Of a DNA stretch of 64,000 nt, positions 52,406-61,395 are shown one piece after another. Position 1 is the stretch's first letter. Every line of letters starts with the position of its first letter. The stretch covers positions 186,832 to 250,831 of the forward strand of contig JAFKEQ010000002.1 of NCBI GenBank assembly GCA_017308575.1. Direction: 5' to 3'. A program made the position numbers and the translations under genes. The DNA comes from Afipia sp. (GTDB taxonomy: Bacteria > Pseudomonadota > Alphaproteobacteria > Rhizobiales > Xanthobacteraceae). The notes under the pieces are model-generated. The model was not told the origin of the DNA. It ran no database searches and was given only the letters and a program-made list of their open reading frames with translations.

Positions 52406-52669
52406 ATGACCCAGACCAGCAACCGTTTTTTTGACGAAATCGCACGCCTGATGAATGACGCCACGGGCGCGGCGCAGGGCGTCAAGCGCGAGGTGGAAAC
52501 CGTCATCCGCACGCAGGCCGAGCGCATCCTGCGCGATCTCGATCTGGTCAAGCGCGAGGAATTCGATGCGGTGAAGGACATGGTGCGCCTCGCCCGCGAA
52601 GAAAACGAGGCGCTGAAGGCGCGCATCGAGGCGCTGGAGAAGAAGGCGGGCCCGGTCGCCGAGACGTGA
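52406..52669 (+). CDS. ubiK: UbiK/YqiC family accessory factor
   Basis: About 87 aa, coiled-coil. NRFFDEIARLMNDA...VKREEFDAVKDMV is typical of the family. TTG at 52400 is an alternative start. Confidence 0.75.
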   Translation: MTQTSNRFFDEIARLMNDATGAAQGVKREVETVIRTQAERILRDLDLVKREEFDAVKDMVRLAREENEALKARIEALEKKAGPVAET

Positions 52670-52675
52670 GGCGCG

Positions 52676-53674
52676 TCAATCCAGCTTGATGCCTGCGGTC
52701 TTGATCACCTTGTTCCATTTCGCGGTTTCGGACGCGATATAGGCCGCCATTTCCTGCGGCGTGCTTTGCAGCGGGTCGATACCGGCGGCGATCAGCTTCT
52801 GCTTGTTCTCGGGATCGTTGACGGCTTTCAGATAAGCCTCGCGCAACTTCGCGACGACGTCGGGCGAGACTTTCACCGGCGCGGAGAATCCCTGCCACGC
52901 CCAGGCCTCGAAGCCGGGCACGTCCGCGGCGACCGCAGGGACGCCGGGCAGGCCGTAGAATTCGCCGGGCGAGCAGACCGCGATGGCCTTGATGCCTTTC
53001 AGGCTGAGCTGCGAGCGCGCGGTGGCGAAATCGACGAACATCATGCCGATCTGTCCGCCCGCGAGATCCTGCAGCGCAGGCCCCGCGCCCTTGTAGGGCA
53101 CGTGATTGAGTTTAAGGCCTGCCGACTGCGCGAACAGTTCCGCCGCCAGATGAAACGGCGAGCCGACACCGGCGCTGGCATAGTCGATGCTGCCCGGTGC
53201 TTTCTTCGCGGCGGCGATCAGTTCCTTCACCGATCCGACATTGAGCTTGCCGGTGTTGACCAGCAGCACGATCGCAAAACGGCCGGTGAGCGAGATCGGC
53301 GCGAAGTCTTTCTGCGGGTCGTAATTCAGCTTCTGGTAGAGGCTGCTGTTCGATGCGTAGGTCGAAGTGTCGCCGAGCAGGAAGGTGTATCCATCGGGAT
53401 CGGCTTTCGCGGCGGCTTCCGCGCCGATCTGCGTGCCCGCACCCGGGCGGTTTTCCACCACCACCTGCTGGCCGAGCGTGGCGCTCATGGAGGTGGCGAC
53501 CAGCCGCGCGAAGAAATCGGTGCCGCCGCCGGCCGCATAAGGCACAATCAGTTTGACGGGGCGGGTCGGATAGGCGGCCTGCGCCATCGCGGGCATGCGG
53601 AGCGCGGCAAGACCTGCGCCGAGCGCGGCGGTGGTGAGCAGCGAACGGCGTGTCAGCGAATGGTCGAGCGGCAT
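52676..53674 (-). CDS. tripartite tricarboxylate transporter substrate-binding protein (Bug/TctC family)
   Basis: ATG at 53674 with a GGGAGGA RBS. Tat-type signal TRRSLLTTAALGAGLAA. Bug-family pattern YPTRPVKLIVPYAAGGGTD. Confidence 0.9.
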   Translation of the reverse strand: MPLDHSLTRRSLLTTAALGAGLAALRMPAMAQAAYPTRPVKLIVPYAAGGGTDFFARLVATSMSATLGQQVVVENRPGAGTQIGAEAAAKADPDGYTFLLGDTSTYASNSSLYQKLNYDPQKDFAPISLTGRFAIVLLVNTGKLNVGSVKELIAAAKKAPGSIDYASAGVGSPFHLAAELFAQSAGLKLNHVPYKGAGPALQDLAGGQIGMMFVDFATARSQLSLKGIKAIAVCSPGEFYGLPGVPAVAADVPGFEAWAWQGFSAPVKVSPDVVAKLREAYLKAVNDPENKQKLIAAGIDPLQSTPQEMAAYIASETAKWNKVIKTAGIKLD

Positions 53675-53798
53675 GGCGGTCCTCCCGCGCCGGTCATGCA
53701 TGTGACGGCGCATTCTGAATTAGTTGCACGTGCATCTAATAGGGAGGAATGGACGAAATCAATATCGCCCAACAGGTCCTGAACGAAGGAACGGCCGG

Positions 53799-54893
53799 TT
53801 ATAGCCCCATCGCGACCGGGCGGAACGCCTGCCGCAACGCGCTGTCGAGCTTGTCACCCATCAATTCCATGATCGCGAACGCCTGTTCCGGCGTCATCGC
53901 GTCCGTTTCGGCATCGGGTTCGAGCAGCGAGGCGTAAGTATCTGCCAGCGTGATGATACGGACGATGTCGCTGATCTGCGATCCGCGCAGGCCGTCGGGG
54001 TAGCCGGTGCCGTCGAGCATTTCGTGATGATGCAGCACCACGTCCATGACCTCGCCGGGAAAACCGCGTTGCTCCTTCAGGGCGTCGTAGCCGAGCCGCG
54101 TGTGCTGGGCGAGAACACCGATTTCCTCGTCGGTCAGTTTGCCGACCTTGTTGAGGATCGGCACGGGAATGAAAGCTTTGCCGACATCATGCAGCAGCGC
54201 GGCACGGGTCAGGCGGCGTTGATCGTCCTCGCGCATGCCGAGATGTTGCGCGAAGGCCACGGCGAATCCGGTGACATGCAGGGTGTGGCGATAGCTGCGG
54301 TTGTGATGCTTGTTGATGGCGATCAGCCACTGCCGCAGCGACGAACGCTTCAGCGCGCGCAGGATTTGCGTTTCCGCTTCGATCACGTCGTCGAGGGTGA
54401 GGGGAATGCCCGCAGGCAGCCGCCGGAAAATCTTCGACATCACCACCAGCGCGGCGGTGACGCCATTGCTCAGGATTCGCGCATCGGTGGCGCGCTCGTC
54501 TTCCGGCGTTTCCGGAAAGACATGGCGGATGCGGGACAGGATGCCGTCCGGATCGAGCGGGCGCTGGATGGTGTCGGTGGCGCCGAGCGCCCATGCCTGG
54601 GTCGGCCCGTGATGAAGCGAGTCGGCCAGCACGAACAGCCGCGGCAGCGACTGATAGGCCTCGCGAACGAGCTTGCTGCGGACACGCTGCACGGTTGCCG
54701 GAGACGACAGGTCGATGTCGATCACGACGCCGGCGAAATCCTTCGCAGGATAATCCGGCAGATCGTGAATCGAAATCGCTTCGACGCTGCCTGCGTTCCG
54801 CAGGATGCGCGTCAATTCTTCGCTGCTGTCTTCGCAATCCGATGCGAGCAGCAGACGTCGTGTCGTCTGCGGAGTTTCTGCCAAGGCAGCCAT
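53799..54893 (-). CDS. HD-GYP domain protein with N-terminal receiver-like region
   Basis: HDVGK and HHEMLDGTGYP motifs. ATG at 54893 (MAALAETPQ...). Confidence 0.85.
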   Translation of the reverse strand: MAALAETPQTTRRLLLASDCEDSSEELTRILRNAGSVEAISIHDLPDYPAKDFAGVVIDIDLSSPATVQRVRSKLVREAYQSLPRLFVLADSLHHGPTQAWALGATDTIQRPLDPDGILSRIRHVFPETPEDERATDARILSNGVTAALVVMSKIFRRLPAGIPLTLDDVIEAETQILRALKRSSLRQWLIAINKHHNRSYRHTLHVTGFAVAFAQHLGMREDDQRRLTRAALLHDVGKAFIPVPILNKVGKLTDEEIGVLAQHTRLGYDALKEQRGFPGEVMDVVLHHHEMLDGTGYPDGLRGSQISDIVRIITLADTYASLLEPDAETDAMTPEQAFAIMELMGDKLDSALRQAFRPVAMGL

Positions 54894-55006
54894 TTCGTCC
54901 TCTGCGGGGCGTTTGGTCTTCTTTCCCGCGCAGATGTACCAAAAAACCGGTTCCCGACCCTTAACGTGCGTCGTTAATGGAACCTTGAAATAATCCGTCG
55001 CATTGG

Positions 55007-56221
55007 TTAGGCGACTTCGCCCGCGCGACTCCATGCCGGAAACGGATCAGGCAAGTCCATCCATGCCGTAACATTCATTTCGTCCTTGCCGGTATCGGCA
55101 ACAAGACATGCATCGAGCCGCTGAGTCAGTTCGGGGACGTTCATGCCGGTGCCGATGAAGACGATTTCCTGCCGTCGGTCGCCCCACACATTCGACCAGT
55201 TCTTGTCGAGTGCCGCGCGCCATTCCGGATGTTCGGGCCAATGCTGCTTCGGAATCGCGGCCCACCAGTAACCCATGGCTTCGTTGCGCACGATCGCGCC
55301 GGCCTGACTGAGTTCGCCGACCCATTGCGGGCGTGTCGCCAGCCAGAAATGGCCCTTGGCGCGGATCACGCCCGGCCAGCTTGAATGAATGAAGGCGTGA
55401 AACTTCTGCGGATCGAAGGGACGGCGCGCGCGATAGACGAAATTCGTCACGCCGTATTCTTCCGTCTCGGGCACATGATCGGCGAAACCATACAGTTCCT
55501 TGAACCAGACCGGATACTGTTGCGCCTTCTCAAAGTCGAACCGTCCGGTGTTGAGAATCTTGTGCGGTGACACTCTGGAGAAGTTGGCTTCGATGATCTC
55601 GGCTTCGGGATTGAGCACGATCAGGATCTGACGCGCGGTCTCGCGCTGCACCGGCGTCGCGTCGTCCACCTTGTTGAGCACGATGACATCGGCGAATTCG
55701 ATCTGATCGACCAGAAGATCGACCAGGGTGCGCCTGTCGTCCTCGCCGAGCGACTCGCCGCGGTCGCGCAGGAAATCGTGCGACGCGTAGTCCCGCAGCA
55801 GGTTCACCGCGTCCACCACCGTCACCATCGTATCCAGCTTTGCCACGTCGCCGAGGCTTGCGCCGTCCTCGTCGCGGAAATCGAAGGTGGCGGCGACGGG
55901 TAGGGGTTCGGAGATCCCGGTGGATTCGATCAGCAGGTAGTCGAAGCGCCCGTCCCGGGCGAGCCGGCTGACTTCCTTGAGCAGGTCGTCGCGCAAGGTG
56001 CAGCAGATGCAGCCATTGGTCATTTCGACCAGCGTCTCATTCGTCCGCGACAGGTCCGCACCGCCATTGCGAATGAGGTCCGCGTCGATGTTCACGTCGC
56101 TCATGTCGTTCACGATCACGGCGACCCGCAGGCCCTGCCGGTTGTTCAGCACATGATTCATCAGGGTCGTCTTCCCAGAGCCAAGGAAGCCGGAGAGCAC
56201 GGTGACGGGCAGTTTTTTCAT
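55007..56221 (-). CDS. COG0523 (CobW/ZigA/YeiR-like) metallochaperone GTPase
   Basis: Walker [10 protein letters not shown], metal-binding GCICCTL and a C-terminal CobW_C domain. Confidence 0.9.
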   Translation of the reverse strand: MKKLPVTVLSGFLGSGKTTLMNHVLNNRQGLRVAVIVNDMSDVNIDADLIRNGGADLSRTNETLVEMTNGCICCTLRDDLLKEVSRLARDGRFDYLLIESTGISEPLPVAATFDFRDEDGASLGDVAKLDTMVTVVDAVNLLRDYASHDFLRDRGESLGEDDRRTLVDLLVDQIEFADVIVLNKVDDATPVQRETARQILIVLNPEAEIIEANFSRVSPHKILNTGRFDFEKAQQYPVWFKELYGFADHVPETEEYGVTNFVYRARRPFDPQKFHAFIHSSWPGVIRAKGHFWLATRPQWVGELSQAGAIVRNEAMGYWWAAIPKQHWPEHPEWRAALDKNWSNVWGDRRQEIVFIGTGMNVPELTQRLDACLVADTGKDEMNVTAWMDLPDPFPAWSRAGEVA

Positions 56222-56291
56222 GGGAATCGAACAGCCTTTTCAATGCGATACGGGAGAGGCGGCGGGGCGGCATGGAGGCTCGCTGTCTATT

Positions 56292-56311
56292 TGTTATGTT
56301 ATAACATAACA
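56292..56311. promoter_or_regulatory. Zur-type operator (perfect 20-bp AT-rich palindrome)
   Basis: TGTTATGTTA|TAACATAACA, a perfect inverted repeat 71 nt upstream of the COG0523 start. It is the only strongly AT-rich palindrome in this spacer. Confidence 0.6.
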
Positions 56312-56576
56312 TTCAAAATTCGACGGCGGCAAGGCGGAAGGCCGGTAAAAGGACATTGACGCAGGGAATGCCCGCAAGCTGCTGTCGGAAAGGGCCGGGA
56401 AAGAGGATTTTCGGGCCGGATCCGTTCGACAAAATCCCCGCATTTCCTTGTGTTTCGCGCGCTTTGGAGCTAAGAACCCGCCACGTCCGCGGCCCCCGCA
56501 CCCCTGGAGGCTTGTCGCGGCGTGAAACCGGGCCGCATTGCGGCCCTTCACTTTTCAAAACTCAAGGAATCCAACA

Positions 56577-57284
56577 ATGGCGACCGTCAAGGAATTGAAG
56601 GCGACCGCTCGTCCGAAGGCCGGCAAGGGGGCCGCCCGGGCAGAACGTCGCGCCGGCCGTGTTCCGGCTGTGATCTATGGTGACAATCAGGCCCCGCTGA
56701 CCATCTCGCTCGACGACAAGGCTGCGCGTCAGGCGATTTTCGCCGGCCACTTCCTCACCACGATTTTCAACATCGATCTCGATGGCAAGAAGCACCGCGT
56801 GATTCCGCGCGACTTCTCGCTCGATCCGGTCAAGGACTTCCCGCTGCATGTGGACTTCCTGCGTCTCGGCGCGGGCGCCAAGATCCGCGTCAGCGTTCCG
56901 CTGCATGTGACCGGCGCCGAAGTCTCGCCGGGCGTGAAGCGCGGCGGCACGGTGAACGTCGTCAACCACAGCGTCGAACTGGAAGCGGACGCCGATCATA
57001 TTCCGCAGTTCATCGAGGTTGACGTCTCCAAGCTCGAAATCAATAACTCGGTCCACCTCAGCGACGTGAACCTGCCGAAGGGCGTCAAGGCCCTGCGCGA
57101 CGATCTGACCCTGGTCACCGTCGTGCCGCCGTCGGGTTACGGCGAAGAGGCGAAGACCGGTGCCGATGCGGCTGCGGCCGGTGCGGCTCCCGCAGCCGGT
57201 GCTGCTGCGGCGCCTGCGGCTGGTGCGAAGGCTCCGGCGGCTGCCGCTGCCAAGGCTCCTGCCGGCGGCGACAAGAAGAAGTAA
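56577..57284 (+). CDS. rplY: 50S ribosomal protein L25/general stress protein Ctc
   Basis: ATG at 56577 with an AAGGAA RBS. RAGRVPAVIYG, two-domain Ctc form, Ala/Pro/Lys-rich C-terminal tail. Confidence 0.95.
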   Translation: MATVKELKATARPKAGKGAARAERRAGRVPAVIYGDNQAPLTISLDDKAARQAIFAGHFLTTIFNIDLDGKKHRVIPRDFSLDPVKDFPLHVDFLRLGAGAKIRVSVPLHVTGAEVSPGVKRGGTVNVVNHSVELEADADHIPQFIEVDVSKLEINNSVHLSDVNLPKGVKALRDDLTLVTVVPPSGYGEEAKTGADAAAAGAAPAAGAAAAPAAGAKAPAAAAAKAPAGGDKKK

Positions 57285-57308
57285 GCGGCCGAGAAGAGAA
57301 CCCGCGCC

Positions 57309-57926
57309 ATGCGCCTGTTCGTCGGACTGGGAAATCCCGGCGCGAAGTATCAGGGCAACCGGCACAATATCGGGTTCATGGCCCTGGACGAGATCGCGCG
57401 GCGTCATGGTTTTTCACCATGGCGCCGTCGCTTTCAGGGCGAGACCTCCGAAGGCCATATCGGCAACGGGCGCGTCATTCTGCTGAAGCCGACAACCTAT
57501 ATGAACGAGTCGGGCAACGCGGTCGGCGAAGCCATGAAGTTCTTCAAGATGAGCGTCGGCGACATCACGGTGTTTCACGACGAGATCGAACTGCCGCCCG
57601 CGAAACTGCGCGTCAAGATCGGGGGCGGGATCGCCGGGCATAATGGCTTGCGCTCGATTTCCGCGCATGTCGGCAACGAGTATCGCCGTGTCCGGCTCGG
57701 CGTCGGGCATCCGGGCGTCAAGGAACTGGTGCATTCCCACGTGCTCAACGATTTCGCCAAAGCCGAACGCCCGTGGGTCGAGGCGATGTGCGAAGCGGTT
57801 GCGGACAATGTGGCGCTGATCGTGACCGGGCAGGATGCATCGTTCGCGAACAAGGTGCATCTGGCGATGCAGGCGAAGGGATTTGGGAAGGATGGCGACG
57901 AGAGCGGGCCAAAGCCCGCGAAATAG
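57309..57926 (+). CDS. pth: peptidyl-tRNA hydrolase
   Basis: [21 protein letters not shown] and the motif [11 protein letters not shown]. Confidence 0.95.
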   Translation: MRLFVGLGNPGAKYQGNRHNIGFMALDEIARRHGFSPWRRRFQGETSEGHIGNGRVILLKPTTYMNESGNAVGEAMKFFKMSVGDITVFHDEIELPPAKLRVKIGGGIAGHNGLRSISAHVGNEYRRVRLGVGHPGVKELVHSHVLNDFAKAERPWVEAMCEAVADNVALIVTGQDASFANKVHLAMQAKGFGKDGDESGPKPAK

Positions 57927-57940
57927 CTGAACGTCGCTAC

Positions 57941-58021
57941 ACGTCATTGCGAGCGAAGCGAAGCAATCCATAGTGATCAAGAAAATGGATTGCTTCGTTG
58001 CTTTGCTCCTCGCAATGACGA
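57941..58021. repeat. family B long-hairpin repeat, copy B3 (pth-ychF spacer)
   Basis: ACGTCATTGCGAGCGAAGCGAAGCAATCCA ... TGGATTGCTTCGTTGCTTTGCTCCTCGCAATGACGA. Confidence 0.85.
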
Positions 58022-58043
58022 CAGATGAAAAGTCGAGGATACT

Positions 58044-59141
58044 ATGGGTTTCAAATGCGGCATCGTCGGACTGCCGAACGTCGGCAAGTCCACCCTGTTC
58101 AACGCGCTGACGGAAACGGCGGCGGCACAGGCGGCGAACTATCCGTTCTGCACCATCGAGCCGAATGTCGGCGCGGTTGCGGTGCCTGATCCGCGGCTTG
58201 AGAAGCTGTCGGAGATCGCCAAGTCGCAACAGATCATTCCGACACAGCTCACCTTCGTGGACATCGCCGGCCTCGTGCGCGGCGCGTCGAAGGGTGAAGG
58301 CCTCGGCAACCAGTTCCTCGCCAACATCCGCGAAGTCGATGCGGTGGCGCATGTGGTGCGCTGCTTCGAGGATTCCGACATCACCCATGTCGAAGGCAAA
58401 ATCGCGCCGCTGGCCGACATCGAGACCATCGAGACGGAACTGATGCTGTCCGATCTCGAAAGCCTCGAGAAGCGCGTCGACAACCTGAGCAAGAAGGCCA
58501 AGGGCGGCGACAAGGAGTCCAAGGAACAGCTCGATCTCGTCGAGCGCGCGCTGAAGCTGCTCCGCGACGGCAAGCCGACCCGCGGCATGGAGCGCAAGCC
58601 GGAAGAGGAACGCAACTTCCGCATGCTCGGCCTTCTGACCTCGAAGCCTGTTCTCTATGTCTGCAACGTCGAGGAAGGCTCTGCTGCCAACGGCAATGAT
58701 TTTTCCAAGGCGGTGTTCGAGCACGCCAAGAAGGAAGGCGCGGTCGCGGTGGTGATCTCCGCCAAGATCGAGTCCGAAATCGCGACGCTGTCACGCGCCG
58801 AGCGCGTGGACTTTCTCGAAACGCTCGGGCTGGAAGAGGCCGGACTCGATCGCCTGATCCGCGCCGGCTACGAGCTGCTGCACCTCATCACCTACTTCAC
58901 GGTGGGCCCGAAGGAAGCGCGCGCCTGGACCATCACCAAGGGCACCAAGGCGCCCGCGGCGGCCGGTGTCATTCATACCGACTTCGAAAAGGGCTTCATC
59001 CGGGCCGAAACCATCGCTTACGACGATTACGTGGCGCTGGGCGGTGAAGCCGGTGCGCGCGATGCCGGAAAGCTGCGCCTCGAAGGCAAGGAATATGTCG
59101 TCGCCGACGGCGACGTGATGCATTTCCGGTTCAACAACTGA
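58044..59141 (+). CDS. ychF: redox-regulated ATPase YchF
   Basis: GIVGLPNVGKSTLFNAL, DIAGLVRGAS and a C-terminal TGS-like domain ending DGDVMHFRFN. Confidence 0.95.
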   Translation: MGFKCGIVGLPNVGKSTLFNALTETAAAQAANYPFCTIEPNVGAVAVPDPRLEKLSEIAKSQQIIPTQLTFVDIAGLVRGASKGEGLGNQFLANIREVDAVAHVVRCFEDSDITHVEGKIAPLADIETIETELMLSDLESLEKRVDNLSKKAKGGDKESKEQLDLVERALKLLRDGKPTRGMERKPEEERNFRMLGLLTSKPVLYVCNVEEGSAANGNDFSKAVFEHAKKEGAVAVVISAKIESEIATLSRAERVDFLETLGLEEAGLDRLIRAGYELLHLITYFTVGPKEARAWTITKGTKAPAAAGVIHTDFEKGFIRAETIAYDDYVALGGEAGARDAGKLRLEGKEYVVADGDVMHFRFNN

Positions 59142-59147
59142 TCGCGA

Positions 59148-59363
59148 TCACTCCGCCGCACCGCTGCGCCTTGCAGCGGTGTAGGGCAGGACGAACAGAT
59201 ACAGGCCGCTGAACAGCAGCAGGAACAGCGGCAGCAACGGCGCGTAAACGATCACGGCCGGTGGTTGTCCAAACGCCATCGCGATGAAATTCGCCGCGAC
59301 GGTGATGGTGAAGATGATCGACAGCCAGCGGTGAGTCTGGCGAATCCATGCATTGGTACGCAT
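59148..59363 (-). CDS. small two-helix membrane protein (hypothetical)
   Basis: 71 aa from ATG 59363 (AAGGAA RBS), with two hydrophobic helices. Lies 50 nt downstream of the SRPBCC gene on the same strand. Confidence 0.5.
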   Translation of the reverse strand: MRTNAWIRQTHRWLSIIFTITVAANFIAMAFGQPPAVIVYAPLLPLFLLLFSGLYLFVLPYTAARRSGAAE

Positions 59364-59413
59364 GACGTTTCCTTGCGGTGAGATGTTGAGGGCTTCGCGG
59401 CGAGCGGACGCGG

Positions 59414-59845
59414 TCAGTCCGTTCGCGCCAGAACCTGATCCAGTTTGGTGAGAAACTGCTGCCAGCCGACCTTGGCGCCGCCGAAGGCCTGCTTCTGATC
59501 CGGCCGGAAACCGGTCTGCTCCATCCGCAACAGCGTGCCCGTGCCGGATGGCGCCAACGTAAAGGTCACGACGCTCCTCAGGTCGAAGGCTGCATCGTTG
59601 TGTGCAAAATTCCACGTGTACGACAGGGCTTTGTTTGGTTCGATGGCGAGGACCTCGCAATCCAGCACGCCGCCCCACTCGCCGCGAAGATTGAAGCGAT
59701 GGCCGAGCGCCGGCTTGAAGTCGTTCTTCATCAGCCATTCCTCGATCAGATGCGGCTGTGTGAGCGCGCGCCAGATCTTCTCCGGCGGGTGAGGGAATTC
59801 GCGCTCGACGACGACAGTGCGGCTGTCGGCCGATGGTTCGGTCAT
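59414..59845 (-). CDS. SRPBCC (Aha1/activator of Hsp90 ATPase-like) domain protein
   Basis: VVEREFPHPPEKIWRALTQPHLIEEW... is typical of AHSA1-type SRPBCC proteins. The start overlaps the arsR-family stop (ATGA). Confidence 0.85.
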   Translation of the reverse strand: MTEPSADSRTVVVEREFPHPPEKIWRALTQPHLIEEWLMKNDFKPALGHRFNLRGEWGGVLDCEVLAIEPNKALSYTWNFAHNDAAFDLRSVVTFTLAPSGTGTLLRMEQTGFRPDQKQAFGGAKVGWQQFLTKLDQVLARTD

Positions 59846-60165
59846 TGGTCCATCCTTTTCAGCAGGTCTTCGAGATCGTCGAAGCGTTTCTCCCAGAAGC
59901 CGGTCATCTGGCTGGTCCAGTCGATCAGCGGGGACAGGGCGCGGAGCTGCGCGCTGTAATGCGTCTGCCGCCCGTCCTGTCTGTCGCGCACCAGCCCCGC
60001 CTGCTTCAGGACTCCGAGATGTTTCGACACCGCCGGCTGCGACACGCCGGACCGCGCCGTCAGGGCGTTGACCGTTTGCTCGCCTTGGCGGCACAATCGT
60101 TCGAAGATCGCGCGCCGGGTCGGGTCGGCGAGGGTGCGGAACAGGGCGTCCTGGGCTTTCGACAT
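59842..60165 (-). CDS. ArsR/SmtB family transcriptional regulator
   Basis: 107 aa. LADPTRRAIFERL ... VSQPAVSKHLGVLKQAGLV winged-helix signature. Confidence 0.9.
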   Translation of the reverse strand: MSKAQDALFRTLADPTRRAIFERLCRQGEQTVNALTARSGVSQPAVSKHLGVLKQAGLVRDRQDGRQTHYSAQLRALSPLIDWTSQMTGFWEKRFDDLEDLLKRMDQ

Positions 60166-60167
60166 TC

Positions 60168-60209
60168 ATAACTCATTGGTTATTGATTGTCGTATAACCG
60201 TTCGGTTAT
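60168..60209. promoter_or_regulatory. twin ATAAC-N6-GTTAT palindromes (candidate ArsR-family operator)
   Basis: ATAACTCATTGGTTAT (60168-60183) and the perfect 7-2-7 palindrome ATAACCGTTCGGTTAT (60194-60209), directly upstream of the arsR-family ATG (60165). Confidence 0.45.
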
Positions 60210-60331
60210 GAGTTAGTCAAACAAAAAATGGATGAACCTTTGCGCAGGGGCGCTCTTGCGCGAGACGCCCGGATCGAGACGCGTTTGCGCTCAGGCGAAG
60301 CGAACTGCCGCCCGGGCGTTGCTGGCGAACC

Positions 60332-60637
60332 TCAATACTGCCGCTCGTGGTCGCGTCCCTGATCGCGGATCGCGCCGAGATGCTCGTTGATCCGGAAAAT
60401 GATCAGGATCAGCTCCGCGCCGATGCGCGAGAAAATAATTCCAACCACGATGCCCGCGAGTGCCGACAGCAACATGATGAAGCCGCCGAACGGGCTGACC
60501 GCCATCAGCGTCAGCGCCGAGAAGATGCCGGAGATGCCAAACAGGATAATCAGCGCGATCACCATCCAGTAGAAGATCTTGATGATGGTGGGGGTGATGA
60601 ATCTGTCCCACTGGAAGAGATCCTGAAATTGAAACAT
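60332..60637 (-). CDS. DUF4282 family small membrane protein
   Basis: ATG at 60637 with a GGAGAA RBS. MFQFQDLFQWDRFITPTIIKIFYW followed by two TM helices is the DUF4282 pattern. Confidence 0.7.
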   Translation of the reverse strand: MFQFQDLFQWDRFITPTIIKIFYWMVIALIILFGISGIFSALTLMAVSPFGGFIMLLSALAGIVVGIIFSRIGAELILIIFRINEHLGAIRDQGRDHERQY

Positions 60638-60929
60638 GGCTGTTCTCCAGATGAGCCGCAGGATGACAACGGCGGGCCTGTGGATGGTTGCGCCCGCGAC
60701 GGACTGAATCGCTCCGGATGGATCGTTTGTCGCATATCGCCGGACAGGGCGAAAGGCGGTGGGCAACGGACCGCTTGAGGTGTCTGGAAATAACGGCCAA
60801 ACTGCGTCTTAAGTCATCCCGGCTTTGATGGAATTAAATCCGGTCCAGGTTTTATTTTGGTGCGTTTTCGTCACGCGAACCGGTGCCCACCTCGCTCGAA
60901 AACGCTCTGTCCGCAACGCGAATGGAAAA

Positions 60930-61388
60930 ATGAAGCTCACCTTTGAAGATTTCAAGCCGGGGCATTTGGGCACGTTCGGTCCGCACCATGTCTCCCGGGA
61001 AGATATCATCGCCTTTGCGTCCGAGTTCGATCCTCAGCCGATGCACCTTGATGAAGAAGCGGCAAGCCGCTCGATGCTCAAGGGATTGTCCGGCTCCGGC
61101 TGGCATATGTGCGCGCTGCTGATGCGCATGAGCTGGGACGGTTTCATCCGCAATATCGCCTCGTCGGGCGCGCCCGGCGTCGACGAGGTGCGCTGGATAT
61201 CGCCGCTGCGGCCGGGCGATGACCTCACGCTGTCGGTCGACGTGATCGAGACCCGCCCGTCGCGGAGCAGGCCCGAGATCGGTTTCGTCCAGCTCAAGAA
61301 CGACATGCGCAATGCATCGGGACAGACGCTGATGCTTGCCAACATTCCGATCATGGTGCTGCGCCGTGGCGCGGCCGGTGCGAATTGA
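60930..61388 (+). CDS. MaoC-like (R-hydratase fold) dehydratase, single hotdog
   Basis: FASEFDPQPMHLDEEAA (hydratase-motif-like D..H), GSGWH. 152 aa from ATG 60930. Confidence 0.85.
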   Translation: MKLTFEDFKPGHLGTFGPHHVSREDIIAFASEFDPQPMHLDEEAASRSMLKGLSGSGWHMCALLMRMSWDGFIRNIASSGAPGVDEVRWISPLRPGDDLTLSVDVIETRPSRSRPEIGFVQLKNDMRNASGQTLMLANIPIMVLRRGAAGAN

Positions 61389-61395
61389 GAGCGAT

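Noticed and set aside
56312-56576. 265-nt leader region upstream of rplY, with a small GGGCCGC-ATT-GCGGCCC hairpin (56530-56546), as a possible L25 autoregulatory leader or riboswitch
   Set aside because: Only a 7-bp hairpin and a weak CTTGTG-N17-CTAAGA promoter-like match are visible. I cannot support a conserved structured RNA from sequence alone. An Rfam scan would be needed.
18912-58021. Possibility that the recurring hairpin repeats are a CRISPR array or arrays
   Set aside because: Copies are dispersed over 40 kb as single units between unrelated genes. They are not in tandem with regular unique spacers, and no cas genes are present.
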